Shown: positions 27,175 through 36,656 of the stretch, one piece after another
How the letters are laid out: the number at the start of each line of letters is the position of its first letter
Position numbering within the stretch: the first letter of the stretch is position 1
DNA from: a bacterium
GTDB lineage: Bacteria; Patescibacteriota; Minisyncoccia; Phycocordibacterales; UBA2100
DNA length: 64,000 nt
Direction of reading: 5' to 3'
NCBI GenBank assembly: GCA_021781955.1
Contig: JAJXVV010000001.1
Location: 95,519 to 159,518 of the forward strand
Made by a program: the position numbers and the translations under genes
The notes under the pieces: generated by a model
Told to the model about the DNA's origin: nothing
The model's database searches: none
Seen by the model: only the letters and a program-made list of their open reading frames with translations

Positions 27175-28404
27175 ATGAACCCCTTTGAACAATCGCAGCT
27201 CCAGTTCTCGCGCGCGCTGGCGGTGCAGGACATATCCGAAGAATTGCGCGCGCGACTTTCCGAGCCCGAGCGTCAGATTACTGTCGCGATACCGGTTCGC
27301 ATGGACGATGGCTCGGCCCGCATCTTCGAAGGGTACCGCGTGCAGTACTCGAGCCTGCGCGGGCCCTACAAAGGCGGCATCCGCTACCATCACGACGCCG
27401 ATCTCAACGAGGTGAAAGCGCTCGCGTTCTGGATGACGCTCAAGTGCGCGGTCGCGAATATCCCGATGGGCGGAGGCAAGGGCGGGATCGCTGTCGATCC
27501 GAAAAAGCTCTCCAAACGCGAGCTTGAGGAGCTCTCGCGCGGACTAGTCCGTGCGCTGTACCCGGTCTTGGGTCCCGAGCGCGATGTTCCTGCGCCCGAC
27601 GTGAACACGACGCCCGAGATCATGCGTTGGATGGCCGACGAGTACCAAAAGCTCACGGGCGACAAGCGCAATGCCACCTTCACCGGCAAACCGATCGATT
27701 ACGGCGGTTCCGAGGGCCGTGGCGAGGCGACCGGTGCGGGCGGATTTTACGTGTTCCAAGCGCTGCACGACGAGCTCAAGCTTCCGAAAAAGATCTCGGT
27801 CGCCATCCAGGGCATGGGCAACGTCGGCGCCAACGCGGCACACATTTTTACCAGGGCGGGGCATACGGTGGTCGCGATGTCAGACTCAAAGAGCGGCGTC
27901 TACGCGCCCGGGGGGCTCGACCCGCATGCGGTCGAACGCTACAAGAAAGAGCACGGGTCGCTCGCCGGGTTCCCCGACGCGAAGCAGGTGTCCAACAACG
28001 AGCTGCTCGAGCTGCCGTGCGATGTGCTCATTCCCGCAGCGCTCGAAAATCAGATCACGCACCAAAACGCTCCACATATCCGCGCGAAAGCCGTGCTCGA
28101 GCTCGCGAACGGCCCGACCTCTCCGGAGGCCGACGACATTCTCTTCAAGAAAGGCATTCACGTCATACCCGACATCCTCGCCAACTCCGGCGGCGTGGTC
28201 GTGTCCACCTTCGAGTGGGAGCAGAATCTGAAAGGGGAGCGCTGGAGCGAGAAAGCGGTGCACGAAAAATTGCACACGCTTCTCACCCGCGAATCGAAGC
28301 ACATTTGGGAAAAAGCTCGTAAGCTCAAGACCGACTTGCGCCGCGCCGCGTTCGTCATCGCCCTCGAGCGGCTTGAGGAGGCGCGCAAGGCGGCTGAACG
28401 CTAG
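27175..28404 (+). CDS. gdhA: NAD(P)-dependent glutamate dehydrogenase
   Basis: Glu/Leu/Phe/Val dehydrogenase motif GGGKGGIAVDPKKLS, Rossmann GMGNVG. Confidence 0.9.
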   Translation: MNPFEQSQLQFSRALAVQDISEELRARLSEPERQITVAIPVRMDDGSARIFEGYRVQYSSLRGPYKGGIRYHHDADLNEVKALAFWMTLKCAVANIPMGGGKGGIAVDPKKLSKRELEELSRGLVRALYPVLGPERDVPAPDVNTTPEIMRWMADEYQKLTGDKRNATFTGKPIDYGGSEGRGEATGAGGFYVFQALHDELKLPKKISVAIQGMGNVGANAAHIFTRAGHTVVAMSDSKSGVYAPGGLDPHAVERYKKEHGSLAGFPDAKQVSNNELLELPCDVLIPAALENQITHQNAPHIRAKAVLELANGPTSPEADDILFKKGIHVIPDILANSGGVVVSTFEWEQNLKGERWSEKAVHEKLHTLLTRESKHIWEKARKLKTDLRRAAFVIALERLEEARKAAER

Positions 28405-28428
28405 CGTCTCGGCCCCCTTCGTTGCAGT

Positions 28429-29493
28429 GTGGTATCCTGCCGATACATGGAAACGGTGTTCCTCATGCTGCTCGCGTTCGTGCCGATCACGCTCGGCGCG
28501 CAGCTTGCGGGGATCGCGCCTGCGTACCTCTTCTTCCTCTCCGCGTTCGCCATCGTGCCGCTCGCCAAGTACATCGGCGAAGCGACCGAAGAGCTCGCTG
28601 CGCGCAGCTCGCCCGCGATCGGCGGGCTCTTGAACGCGACCTTCGGCAACGCGACCGAGCTCATCATCGGCGTGCTCGGCTTAAGCGCCGGGCTCATCGA
28701 GGTGGTGAAAGCGTCGATCACCGGCTCCATCATTGGCAACTTGCTGCTCGTGCTCGGGTTCTCAATGTTCCTCGGCGGCTGGAGGCGGGAGAAGCAGACA
28801 TTCAACAGGACCGCGATGCTCGCGAGCGCCTCAGCGCTTTTTCTCGCGGTCATCGCACTCGTCATGCCCGCGCTTTTCTCAAGCACGGTTCCCGATGCCG
28901 CGCCGAATGTCGTCGAATCGCTGAGCGTGCTCGTCTCGCTCGTCCTGCTCATCGTGTACGCAGCCGGCCTGTGGTTCTCGCTGCGCACGCACAAGCATCT
29001 CTACCTCGAGGAAGTGGGGAAGTACGAAGCGCGGTGGGGCGTGGCTCGGGCGCTTACGGTCCTCACGGCCGCGACGCTTTCGGTCGCGGTCATGAGCGAT
29101 ATTTTGGTGAACTCGATCCGACCGCTCGTGTCCGACCTCGGCTGGACCCAGCTTTTCATCGGCGTCATTTTCGTCGCTATCGTCGGCAACGCGGCCGAGC
29201 ACGTTTCCGCGCTCACGACCGCCCGCAAGAATCGCATGGACCTTTCGCTCCAGATATCCATCGGCTCGGCGACACAGATCAGCATGTTCGTCGCGCCGCT
29301 CCTGGTGCTCGCGAGCGTGCTCGTCGGGCAGCCGATGAGCCTCGTGTTCAACGCCTTCGAGCTCGCCGCGATGGTGTTGTCGGTGGTCATCGTCTATTTC
29401 GTCATCGCCGACGGCGAGAGCAACTGGCTCGAAGGCGCGCAGCTTCTGGCCGCCTATGCCATCATGGCCGCCGCATTCTTCTTTCATCCGTAG
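28429..29493 (+). CDS. Ca2+/H+ (cation/proton) antiporter, CaCA family
   Basis: Two alpha-repeat motifs GNATELIIGVLGL and GNAAEHVSALTTA; ~11 TM helices; possible alternative start at 28447. Confidence 0.85.
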   Translation: MVSCRYMETVFLMLLAFVPITLGAQLAGIAPAYLFFLSAFAIVPLAKYIGEATEELAARSSPAIGGLLNATFGNATELIIGVLGLSAGLIEVVKASITGSIIGNLLLVLGFSMFLGGWRREKQTFNRTAMLASASALFLAVIALVMPALFSSTVPDAAPNVVESLSVLVSLVLLIVYAAGLWFSLRTHKHLYLEEVGKYEARWGVARALTVLTAATLSVAVMSDILVNSIRPLVSDLGWTQLFIGVIFVAIVGNAAEHVSALTTARKNRMDLSLQISIGSATQISMFVAPLLVLASVLVGQPMSLVFNAFELAAMVLSVVIVYFVIADGESNWLEGAQLLAAYAIMAAAFFFHP

Positions 29494-29616
29494 CGAAATC
29501 GCGCTATATTCTCAACATTCGCCCCGCTCCTGGCGGGGGAATACCACCGCCCATATATTCATATGGACGGGGCAGTCGGAGGGAATGAAAACTCGCTTTC
29601 ATTTCGCTCCTCCTTA

Positions 29617-29689
29617 CCGCCCATAGCTCAGTCGGTAGAGCAGCTCCCTTTTAAGGAGATGGTCGCAGGTTCGATCCCTGCTGGGCGGA
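29617..29689 (+). tRNA. tRNA-Lys (anticodon UUU)
   Basis: Cloverleaf folded by hand: acceptor CCGCCCA/TGGGCGG, D-arm GCTCAGTCGGTAGAGC, anticodon loop CTTTTAA, T-arm GCAGGTTCGATCCCTGC; CCA not encoded. Confidence 0.85.
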
Positions 29690-29734
29690 CAAACGAGATG
29701 TTATGCTAATGCGCGTTACGCCAGAAAAGCGCCT

Positions 29735-30766
29735 ATGAGATCCACCATTGAAAAGCCGCTCACGTACGCGGACATGCAGGAGCAGACGGGGCTCACCATT
29801 ACCTACGCGCCGCGCCCGGACGGCTCCGTTGAGTTGAAAGCGATCGGTGATGGCGTCGATATCGCCACGATAGTGCCAGCCGACCGCCTCGATGAGGCGC
29901 ACATCCTCTACATGGAGGCGACGGAGTTGTTGCGCGCGCGCGCGAAGATCGGACAAACGCACGACGAGATCCGACGCGCGGAGGAAACGCTCTTCGCGCT
30001 CTTCCGGGGCGAGAAGATGTCGGCGGAACAGCTCGCGTCCGTCAACGTCGCGCGGCCATCGTCGCCTGATACGGCGCCGGTCAACAAACCCATCGAGGTC
30101 GATGGCGGGCGCTATGATCGCCTGCTCGTGAAAACGCGTCTCATTACGATGGTCGACGATGACCTCCTGCCCCTCATCGAAGAATATGCGGGACCGCACC
30201 TCAAGCCGGGCGATATGCTTTTCGTGAGCGAGAAGGCGCTGTGCATCGCTCAGCAGCGGGTCGTCGACATGAGCGTCATCAAACCGACCTGGCTCGCGCG
30301 CCTCTTCGCACGCAATGTGAGCAACTTCTACGGCACCGAGGATTTCCGCGGCTTCGGCCATGGCACCGCGCTCGCGATGCAGCTTTTCATCGAAGAAGCC
30401 GGCTACCCGCGCGCTTTTTTCGCGGCGGCAGTATCCGCGCTCACGCGCCCTTTGGGCATCCGTGGCGCGTTCTACTACCTCTGCGGCAAGCAGGCGAAGT
30501 CGGTCGACTTGCCGATGTCGTTCCTCATCCTCGAGTATGCGCACTCTGCCAAGCTCGCGCCCCGCGATCCGAGCGGCTTCGCGAAACGTGTGAAGTCGAA
30601 ACTCGGCTGCGAGACGATCGTGCTCGACGCCAACTATCGCGGCGCGTTCAGCTTGGGAAAATCGACGCGCACCGTCACGGAATCTTTCATCGGCAAGCTC
30701 TTCCGCGATAATCCGATGGGGCAGTCTGACGAAATGACGCCGTTTTGCATCGTGCGCAAAGCGTGA
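29735..30766 (+). CDS. CofE-like (F420-0:gamma-glutamyl ligase family) domain protein; function uncertain
   Basis: Segment LKPGDMLFVSEKALCIAQQRVV resembles the CofE-family core; weak, from memory. Confidence 0.35.
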   Translation: MRSTIEKPLTYADMQEQTGLTITYAPRPDGSVELKAIGDGVDIATIVPADRLDEAHILYMEATELLRARAKIGQTHDEIRRAEETLFALFRGEKMSAEQLASVNVARPSSPDTAPVNKPIEVDGGRYDRLLVKTRLITMVDDDLLPLIEEYAGPHLKPGDMLFVSEKALCIAQQRVVDMSVIKPTWLARLFARNVSNFYGTEDFRGFGHGTALAMQLFIEEAGYPRAFFAAAVSALTRPLGIRGAFYYLCGKQAKSVDLPMSFLILEYAHSAKLAPRDPSGFAKRVKSKLGCETIVLDANYRGAFSLGKSTRTVTESFIGKLFRDNPMGQSDEMTPFCIVRKA

Positions 30767-30781
30767 GGAATCGCAGAGGTC

Positions 30782-31186
30782 TTACAGAGGCAGGTCGAAG
30801 GCGAACGCGCCTGCGCCGGTCGCGATGAGCGCGAGAGAGATGACGGCGATCAGCGCGTAGGCGGTGCCACCGAGCGGGAAGAAACGCGGGTAGCGGCGGT
30901 GCCACACGAGCGCTTTGAGCGAAAGCAGCGCACCCACGATGGCCGCAGCTTGCGTGTAGAATCCAACGACGAGCAGTACGCCGAGACCCAGGTTGACGGC
31001 CGCGGCGAGGAGTGGTATCCATGAGCCGCTGCCGATCACGATGAACGTGATTTGCGACAACTCAGCGCGCCCTTTCACGAGCATCCAGGCTGCGCACAGG
31101 AACACCACGCCGGCGGCAACGCGCAGCAGCGCAATGGCAAGCGGCGTCAGGAAAAAGAGTTGCGGGAAGATGGAAAGCATGAGCAT
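30782..31186 (-). CDS. DoxX-like small membrane protein
   Basis: 4 hydrophobic helices; start placed at an internal Met to avoid overlapping the divergent methyltransferase gene. Confidence 0.45.
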   Translation of the reverse strand: MLMLSIFPQLFFLTPLAIALLRVAAGVVFLCAAWMLVKGRAELSQITFIVIGSGSWIPLLAAAVNLGLGVLLVVGFYTQAAAIVGALLSLKALVWHRRYPRFFPLGGTAYALIAVISLALIATGAGAFAFDLPL

Positions 31187-31196
31187 AGTGTACCCC

Positions 31197-31664
31197 ATGG
31201 GACGAAAAATTGCAGTACTGCTGCACGACGTTCGCAGCGCGCACAATGTGGGGTCTATTTTCCGCACGGCGGACGCGGCGGGCGTGGAGAAGATATACCT
31301 CACCGGCGTGACGCCGGCGCCGAGCGACCGTTTCGGGCGACCGCAGAAAGATATCGCGAAGGTAGCGCTAGGAGCCGAAGCTTACGTGCCGTGGGAGTAC
31401 GTGAGGTCGCCGTATACGGTTGCGCGCGCACTGCGTGCCGAAGGGTGGCATGTCGCCGCGATAGAGCAGCACGCCGATTCTATCGACTACCGTTCGTTCG
31501 AACTGGGGAAACCCACGCTTTTCATTCTCGGCAGCGAGGTGGACGGCGTCCCGGGGCGCATGCTCTCGATCTGCGATGCTGTCCTGGAGATACCGATGCG
31601 CGGCCGCAAAGAATCGCTCAACGTCTCCGTCGCCGCAGGGATAATTTTGTTTTCGGTAAGGTGA
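31197..31664 (+). CDS. SpoU/TrmH-family RNA 2'-O-methyltransferase
   Basis: SPOUT motifs VLLHDVRSAHNVGSIFRTADAAGV and LFILGSEVDGVP...EIPMRGRKESLNVSVAAGIILF. Confidence 0.8.
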   Translation: MGRKIAVLLHDVRSAHNVGSIFRTADAAGVEKIYLTGVTPAPSDRFGRPQKDIAKVALGAEAYVPWEYVRSPYTVARALRAEGWHVAAIEQHADSIDYRSFELGKPTLFILGSEVDGVPGRMLSICDAVLEIPMRGRKESLNVSVAAGIILFSVR

Positions 31665-31719
31665 AGTTGAGGGGCGCGGCTCTGCGCGTCCCCGTCCTCC
31701 CGCAGTCCTCGCGTGCTGC

Positions 31720-32727
31720 TCAGTAGCTCAGCACGTCAACGACGCGCTCCTGGTCGTCGAGCAGGCGGATGACGTCGTGCGAAGTATTCCAGAGCTTGTG
31801 CGTGAGCCCGAAGTAGAGCCGCCATGCGGGAAGCGCGAAGCCGCTCCGCGACTGATACATTTGAACGCACCCATTGTAGGAGAGACTGGTCGCCAGGTAC
31901 GAGCCGCACACTTTTGAGATATCGGACGGCAAATTCGCTCCGGGAAAGTAGCAGCTCGGGAGCGTGTTGAGGTAATCGAAACATGCATTGCCATACAGGC
32001 GGAGGTTGCCAGCGGTCTGCGGGAGCACTTCGTTCGGAGCGGGGCACGAGCTCGCGAGTCGAGGGGAGAAGGACTGAAGCTGGTTCAAGTACCCGGTGCA
32101 GTTGTTCTCGCGGAGCGAGACGCCGACGGGCGATGCGGCGGTCGTGATGATGGCGCTCCCGCCCGGCGGGAGCGTGACGGGCCGCACGGTGTTGACGATG
32201 CCGCCGATGAACGGGTCTGCCGCCTGCGGAATGACCGCGTATGTGCCTGAGACTGCGCTTTGCAGCACCCAGCCGCTGATCGTCACGGGTGACGGCGCGT
32301 CGGAAGATGCCCGTATCTCGATGTATTCCTGAGAGGGGTCGGAGGCGGCCACGTTGTTGCCCGTTATCGTCACTTCGCCGGCATAGGGAGAGGGAGTGCC
32401 GTATTGCGCGAGATTCGACGACGATGACCCGGGCCAGTTGCCCGGTGACGAACCGCCCAAGCCGGCATTTTGTTCTGCCGCGGTCACGTAGCCGGAGATG
32501 TCCGGCCCGCGCGGCGCGGTTATCTGCCAGGGGAGCGTGATGCCGGTCGACGTGGTCGTCCCGCTGTCGAAGATCGCGCCGACCGGGTTCGTGAAGTACC
32601 CGCCCGCTTGCCACGCTTTTTGCGGCCCACCGGTCACGAACCAGTAAAAGAGCAGCCCGAGCCCGAGCAGTATGAGTACCGTGACGAGGATCGTCCGTAT
32701 TTTCCCGCCGCTGCCGTGCGAAGACAT
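31720..32727 (-). CDS. Membrane-anchored secreted hypothetical protein
   Basis: N-terminal TM (IRTILVTVLILLGLGLLFYWFV); G/S/P-rich; an overlapping alternate-frame 356 aa ORF judged spurious. Confidence 0.55.
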   Translation of the reverse strand: MSSHGSGGKIRTILVTVLILLGLGLLFYWFVTGGPQKAWQAGGYFTNPVGAIFDSGTTTSTGITLPWQITAPRGPDISGYVTAAEQNAGLGGSSPGNWPGSSSSNLAQYGTPSPYAGEVTITGNNVAASDPSQEYIEIRASSDAPSPVTISGWVLQSAVSGTYAVIPQAADPFIGGIVNTVRPVTLPPGGSAIITTAASPVGVSLRENNCTGYLNQLQSFSPRLASSCPAPNEVLPQTAGNLRLYGNACFDYLNTLPSCYFPGANLPSDISKVCGSYLATSLSYNGCVQMYQSRSGFALPAWRLYFGLTHKLWNTSHDVIRLLDDQERVVDVLSY

Positions 32728-32729
32728 AT

Positions 32730-33983
32730 CTAAGTATACCGCGCGACGAGAAGCTCAACCTCCTCGCGGGCGACATCGGGGTCGTTCCATGGCACTTTCG
32801 ACCCATGATCGTTCGTTATCTCGGTATCGATGCCCATGCCGGTGATGAGTACGGCGACCTCCTCGGGGCGTTCGTGCTGCTCGGCGAGCTCCAGCGCGCG
32901 GCGTATCGCGGCGCGGCGATCAGCAATGATCTCCGGTCGTTTGATCTTCATGCCGCGCGCGATGTCCGCGATGATCGCCTGCGGGTTCTCGTCGTAGGCG
33001 ATGTCGTTGGTGAGGATGATCGATTCGCAGTAGCGGTCGGCGACCTCGCCCAAGATCGGCCGCTTCCATTTGTCGCGGCCGCCGCCGGCCGATCCGAACA
33101 CCGCTATCTTTTTCTTGTCCGCAAAGGTCTTGTACAAAAGCTGAAGCGCGTCTGGCGTAAGCGCATAGTCGACGATGACTTGGAATTTCTGTCCCGCTTC
33201 TATCGGCTGCATACGGCCGGGTATGGCGCGCACGCGCTCAATGCCGCGTTTGATGGTCTCTGGCGCGATGCCCATCGCGCGCGCGAGTTCGGCCGCCGCA
33301 AGCGCGTTCTGCACATAAAAGATGCCGGGCAGGTGTACGTCGATATCGATGCCGCCGAAGTGAAGCGCCCCGCCCCGTGCGCCTTCCGGCACGAGGAACC
33401 CGATCGTTTTCTCGACCGGGAGCGCGAGATAGCGCGCGCCCTGCGCATCGGCGGCGTTCGCGACCATGATGCGCGGCCGCTTCGACGAGCGAACGAGTGA
33501 GAGGCCGAGCGCGTACTTCGCGTCCGCGTACGCCTCGTACGAGCCGTGCGATTCGATGTGCTCTGGCGCGAGGTTCAAGAAGACGAGCGCGTCGAGTTCG
33601 ATGCCGCGATGGCGGTGCTGCGCCGCCCCCTCCGACGTCATCTCAATGAGCGCTATCGTGCAGCCTGCATCGACCGCCTCGCGCAGAAAGCGTTGGATAA
33701 AAAAGCGGCCCGGCATCGAACGGCCGGTCGCGGCGTGCGAGCCGCCGGCGACCTTCACGCGCACCGAGCTCGAGAGCGCGGTTTTGCGCCCGGCTTCCTC
33801 GAGAATAGCGTTGATGAACTCGACGGTCGACGATTTGCCGTTGGTGCCGGTAATGCCGATGACCGTCAATGTGCGAGAGGGGAAGCCGTAGCGCCATGCG
33901 CCGAGGTAGGCGAGGCAGAAATGGTAGGCTGAGAGAAGCGGTAGGGGAACGGCGGAACGAACGGTGTTCTTGAGCGAGGACAT
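32730..33983 (-). CDS. Mur ligase family protein (MurE/MurT-like), short form
   Basis: P-loop GITGTNGKSST ~45 aa from the N-terminus, NLAPEHIESHGSYEAY and DYALTPDAL (cf. the MurE DYAHTPDAL motif). Confidence 0.7.
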   Translation of the reverse strand: MSSLKNTVRSAVPLPLLSAYHFCLAYLGAWRYGFPSRTLTVIGITGTNGKSSTVEFINAILEEAGRKTALSSSVRVKVAGGSHAATGRSMPGRFFIQRFLREAVDAGCTIALIEMTSEGAAQHRHRGIELDALVFLNLAPEHIESHGSYEAYADAKYALGLSLVRSSKRPRIMVANAADAQGARYLALPVEKTIGFLVPEGARGGALHFGGIDIDVHLPGIFYVQNALAAAELARAMGIAPETIKRGIERVRAIPGRMQPIEAGQKFQVIVDYALTPDALQLLYKTFADKKKIAVFGSAGGGRDKWKRPILGEVADRYCESIILTNDIAYDENPQAIIADIARGMKIKRPEIIADRRAAIRRALELAEQHERPEEVAVLITGMGIDTEITNDHGSKVPWNDPDVAREEVELLVARYT

Positions 33984-33984
33984 G

Positions 33985-34560
33985 TCAGGAGTCTGAAGAT
34001 CCCAAGACGCGAAGCGCTTCGCGCAAGCGGGCCGAGCTGCCCTCGATGGTCGCAGGGACTTTTTTCAGCGCTTCGCGCGCCTCCGCTTGCGAATAACCGA
34101 GCGCGCGCATCGCCTCAAGCGCCTCCTCATCGCCCTTGAGCGACGCGCTTTGCTGATCGGGCGCGCCGACCTTGTCTTTCAGTTCGAGTACGATCTTCGC
34201 GGCGGTCTTCTTGCCGATGCCGGAGACGTTGGTGAGGTATCCCGCGTTCCCTGCAGCGATCGCTGCGCGCAGCGTGCCGATTGAAGCGGTGTCGAGGGTC
34301 GCGAGCGCTGATTTTGGGCCGATGCCCGGTACGGTGAGCAATAACTCGAAGAAGTGCAACTCCTCCTGCATGGAGAATCCATACAGATCGAGCGCATCTT
34401 CGCGCACCGCAAGGTGCGTCCAGAGCGACGCAGAGGCGCCTGGCTTGAGCGAGGCAAGCGTTTCGCGCGTGGTGGCTACCTTGTAGCCAACGCCGCCGAT
34501 CGAGATAATGGTTGCGCCCGCGTGCGCGCTATGCACGACCCCTTCCAGATGTCCGATCAT
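33985..34560 (-). CDS. ruvA: Holliday junction DNA helicase RuvA
   Basis: MIGHLEGVV start, HhH motifs LLTVPGIGPKSA and VSGIGKKTAAKI. Confidence 0.9.
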   Translation of the reverse strand: MIGHLEGVVHSAHAGATIISIGGVGYKVATTRETLASLKPGASASLWTHLAVREDALDLYGFSMQEELHFFELLLTVPGIGPKSALATLDTASIGTLRAAIAAGNAGYLTNVSGIGKKTAAKIVLELKDKVGAPDQQSASLKGDEEALEAMRALGYSQAEAREALKKVPATIEGSSARLREALRVLGSSDS

Positions 34561-34616
34561 GCCCGTATAGTACCTCGGTTGCGAACAACACGCATTTCGT
34601 GTACTATCCGCCCGTT

Positions 34617-34880
34617 ATGGCCAATACGTCTTCTGCGAAGAAAGCCCAACGTGTCGCGCTCCGCCGCGCGGTGTATAACGCGCGGCGCAAGAAGGCAGCC
34701 AAGGACGCGGTGAAGGGCATGATGAAGGCTATCAGCGCAAAGAAGAAAGATGCCGCGAGCAAGCTGCCCGAGCTTCAGCAGGCGATCGACAAGGCAGTGA
34801 AGGGGCACACGATGCATAAGAATACGGCAGCCCGCATCAAATCGAAGCTCGTCAAGCGTATCGCTGCGCTGTCGAAATAA
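34617..34880 (+). CDS. rpsT: 30S ribosomal protein S20
   Basis: MANTSSAKKAQRVALRRAVYNARRK... canonical S20. Confidence 0.9.
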   Translation: MANTSSAKKAQRVALRRAVYNARRKKAAKDAVKGMMKAISAKKKDAASKLPELQQAIDKAVKGHTMHKNTAARIKSKLVKRIAALSK

Positions 34881-35120
34881 CAAAATCCAAAGAACACCGG
34901 CCGAGAGGAAGTATCGGCCAGTGTTCTCGCATGCTTCTTCCCGGGGTACGGCACCAGCCCCCATCCATGGAGCATCACGCGAGCGCTGCAAACGCAACTC
35001 AAGAAAATAATTTATTCCTGGCCGGTTCCTGCGAGTGCGATGCGCACAGGCATATCCGGCAGGGTTCATGCTCGCGCCGACACGATCGGGCCGCGATGAA
35101 AGAGATTTGTACTTTTTGGA

Positions 35121-35192
35121 TGCTCCCGGCAGGAATCGAACCCACATCACGGCCTTAGAAGAGCCTTGCTCTATCCATTGAGCTACGGGAGC
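35121..35192 (-). tRNA. tRNA-Arg (anticodon UCU)
   Basis: Plus strand carries GGAATCGAACC (complement of T-loop); folded minus strand: acceptor GCTCCCG/CGGGAGC, D-arm GCTCAATGGATAGAGC, anticodon loop CTTCTAA. Confidence 0.8.
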
Positions 35193-35246
35193 CGAAGGGA
35201 ACAGGATCAGAATAGCGCATTACCTGCGTTTTCACGAGAACTCCTC

Positions 35247-35579
35247 TTACCGACTCGGGTCGGGTATGGCCGGCACGGGCTCAGTGCTCAAGGTCTCGAA
35301 CTGCGATTGCCGAGTCTCGAATTGCTGTACAAGCGCTTGCACGGTCGCGGGATCGACGCTCGGCGCAGGTAGAGAAACGGTGTTCGTCGCGCCCGCGAGC
35401 GTCTTGGCGACGCTGATCACGCTCGACACGCCATACCAGAGCGCGCCGATCACGACGATAAGCACGAATGAGAGCAGGATCCGCCAGTAAAGCATCGCGA
35501 GGGGGCGTACGCCTTCAGGCGTTCTCCGCGCCGCGTATTGTTCGCGAATCCGTGTCCATGTGCCGGTAAGATAGTTCAT
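35247..35579 (-). CDS. Small membrane protein, last gene of the pilMNO operon (PilP-like?)
   Basis: ATGA overlap with the upstream gene; single TM; 110 aa. Confidence 0.4.
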   Translation of the reverse strand: MNYLTGTWTRIREQYAARRTPEGVRPLAMLYWRILLSFVLIVVIGALWYGVSSVISVAKTLAGATNTVSLPAPSVDPATVQALVQQFETRQSQFETLSTEPVPAIPDPSR

Positions 35580-36157
35580 GAAGAAGGCGCGCCATTAGTA
35601 ATGACGTGCACCAGGACGGTCATGTGCCACGAGCCGTTATGCGGAGCGCCCGATGCGGTCGGCAGGACGTTGGCGACCTGCAGGTCGACTTGCCCGATCG
35701 ACGACGGGATCGGCAAAGTGGCGAAAAGCTGCAGAGCATGCATGAGGGAGGCGAAACTGCCGTCGGCCTCAAGCGCGAAGTCGATGGTTTGGAACGTGGC
35801 GCCGGAAGGGGTCTCGGCGCTCATGCTAGGGGTTGCGCTGTCGATCTTCACGGCAACGCCGGATGCCGTACCAGCCTTCTGTAAGAGCGTCGCCACTGAA
35901 ACGACGTCTACTGAAATCAGTTGATCGAGCGAGGCGCGGTCGTTCTCGGTCGCGAGCAGGACCGCGTGCGTTTGCTCGGATGAGCTTTGCAGGATTGCGG
36001 CACGCTGCGCGGCTTGCAATTGTGTAACGAGCATATTTTCATCATTACTAATCCAGGTCGCGAAGAGGGCGACCATGGCCCACAGAGCGAGAGCGATCAC
36101 CAGTGCTCCCCAAGCGCGAATACGCGAAGCGTGTTGCATATGTTCAGTACGTGCCAC
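35576..36157 (-). CDS. pilO: PilO-like type IV pilus assembly protein
   Basis: N-terminal TM anchor then periplasmic domain; gene order pilM-pilN-pilO. Confidence 0.45.
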   Translation of the reverse strand: MARTEHMQHASRIRAWGALVIALALWAMVALFATWISNDENMLVTQLQAAQRAAILQSSSEQTHAVLLATENDRASLDQLISVDVVSVATLLQKAGTASGVAVKIDSATPSMSAETPSGATFQTIDFALEADGSFASLMHALQLFATLPIPSSIGQVDLQVANVLPTASGAPHNGSWHMTVLVHVITNGAPSS

Positions 36158-36656
36158 TCACCGTGAGCGTGAACTGTCCATTCCCCGCGCCAGCGAGCTG
36201 ATCGATGGGGACGGAGGCCGCGGTGAACCGTGAATTCGCTCTGAGCGCCATTTGGTACGCGTTCAACGTTTGTGTGTCGGAAGCCGTGCCCGAAAGTACG
36301 AGCGAAGCGGGCGAGCCGGCAGTGTACGTCAAGTGCGTGATCACGATACCCGCCGGCTTGTTCGCGAGCGCTGCGGTCATAGCATCCACCGGCGATGAGC
36401 TTGCCGCGAGCGGCGAGAGCGTGGTGACGAGCACTTTCAGATGCGCCATCGCGATGCCGTCTTGCGCGGCGCTCGGCGTCGAGGTGGCCGGAACGAGCGA
36501 CCCTTCGTCGACCCGAAGTGCCAGGTAGCTTGGTACGAGCGCGACGAGCGCGACGAGCGCGACGAGACTCGCGACGATCGAGCCGACCAGTACGAAACGT
36601 GCGCGGTACTCGTGCCATACCGCTTTTTGCGAACTGTTCGGGAGGACGTTGCTCAT
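36144..36656 (-). CDS. pilN: PilN-like type IV pilus assembly protein
   Basis: Short cytoplasmic N-terminus, single TM (VLVGSIVASLVALVALVALV), periplasmic domain; ATGA overlap with the pilM stop. Confidence 0.5.
   Translation of the reverse strand: MSNVLPNSSQKAVWHEYRARFVLVGSIVASLVALVALVALVPSYLALRVDEGSLVPATSTPSAAQDGIAMAHLKVLVTTLSPLAASSSPVDAMTAALANKPAGIVITHLTYTAGSPASLVLSGTASDTQTLNAYQMALRANSRFTAASVPIDQLAGAGNGQFTLTVSGTY

Noticed and set aside
31736-32806. 356 aa alternative-frame minus ORF overlapping 31720..32727
   Set aside because: Arg-rich with no TM or motifs. The co-located frame with an N-terminal TM anchor and ordinary composition is preferred.
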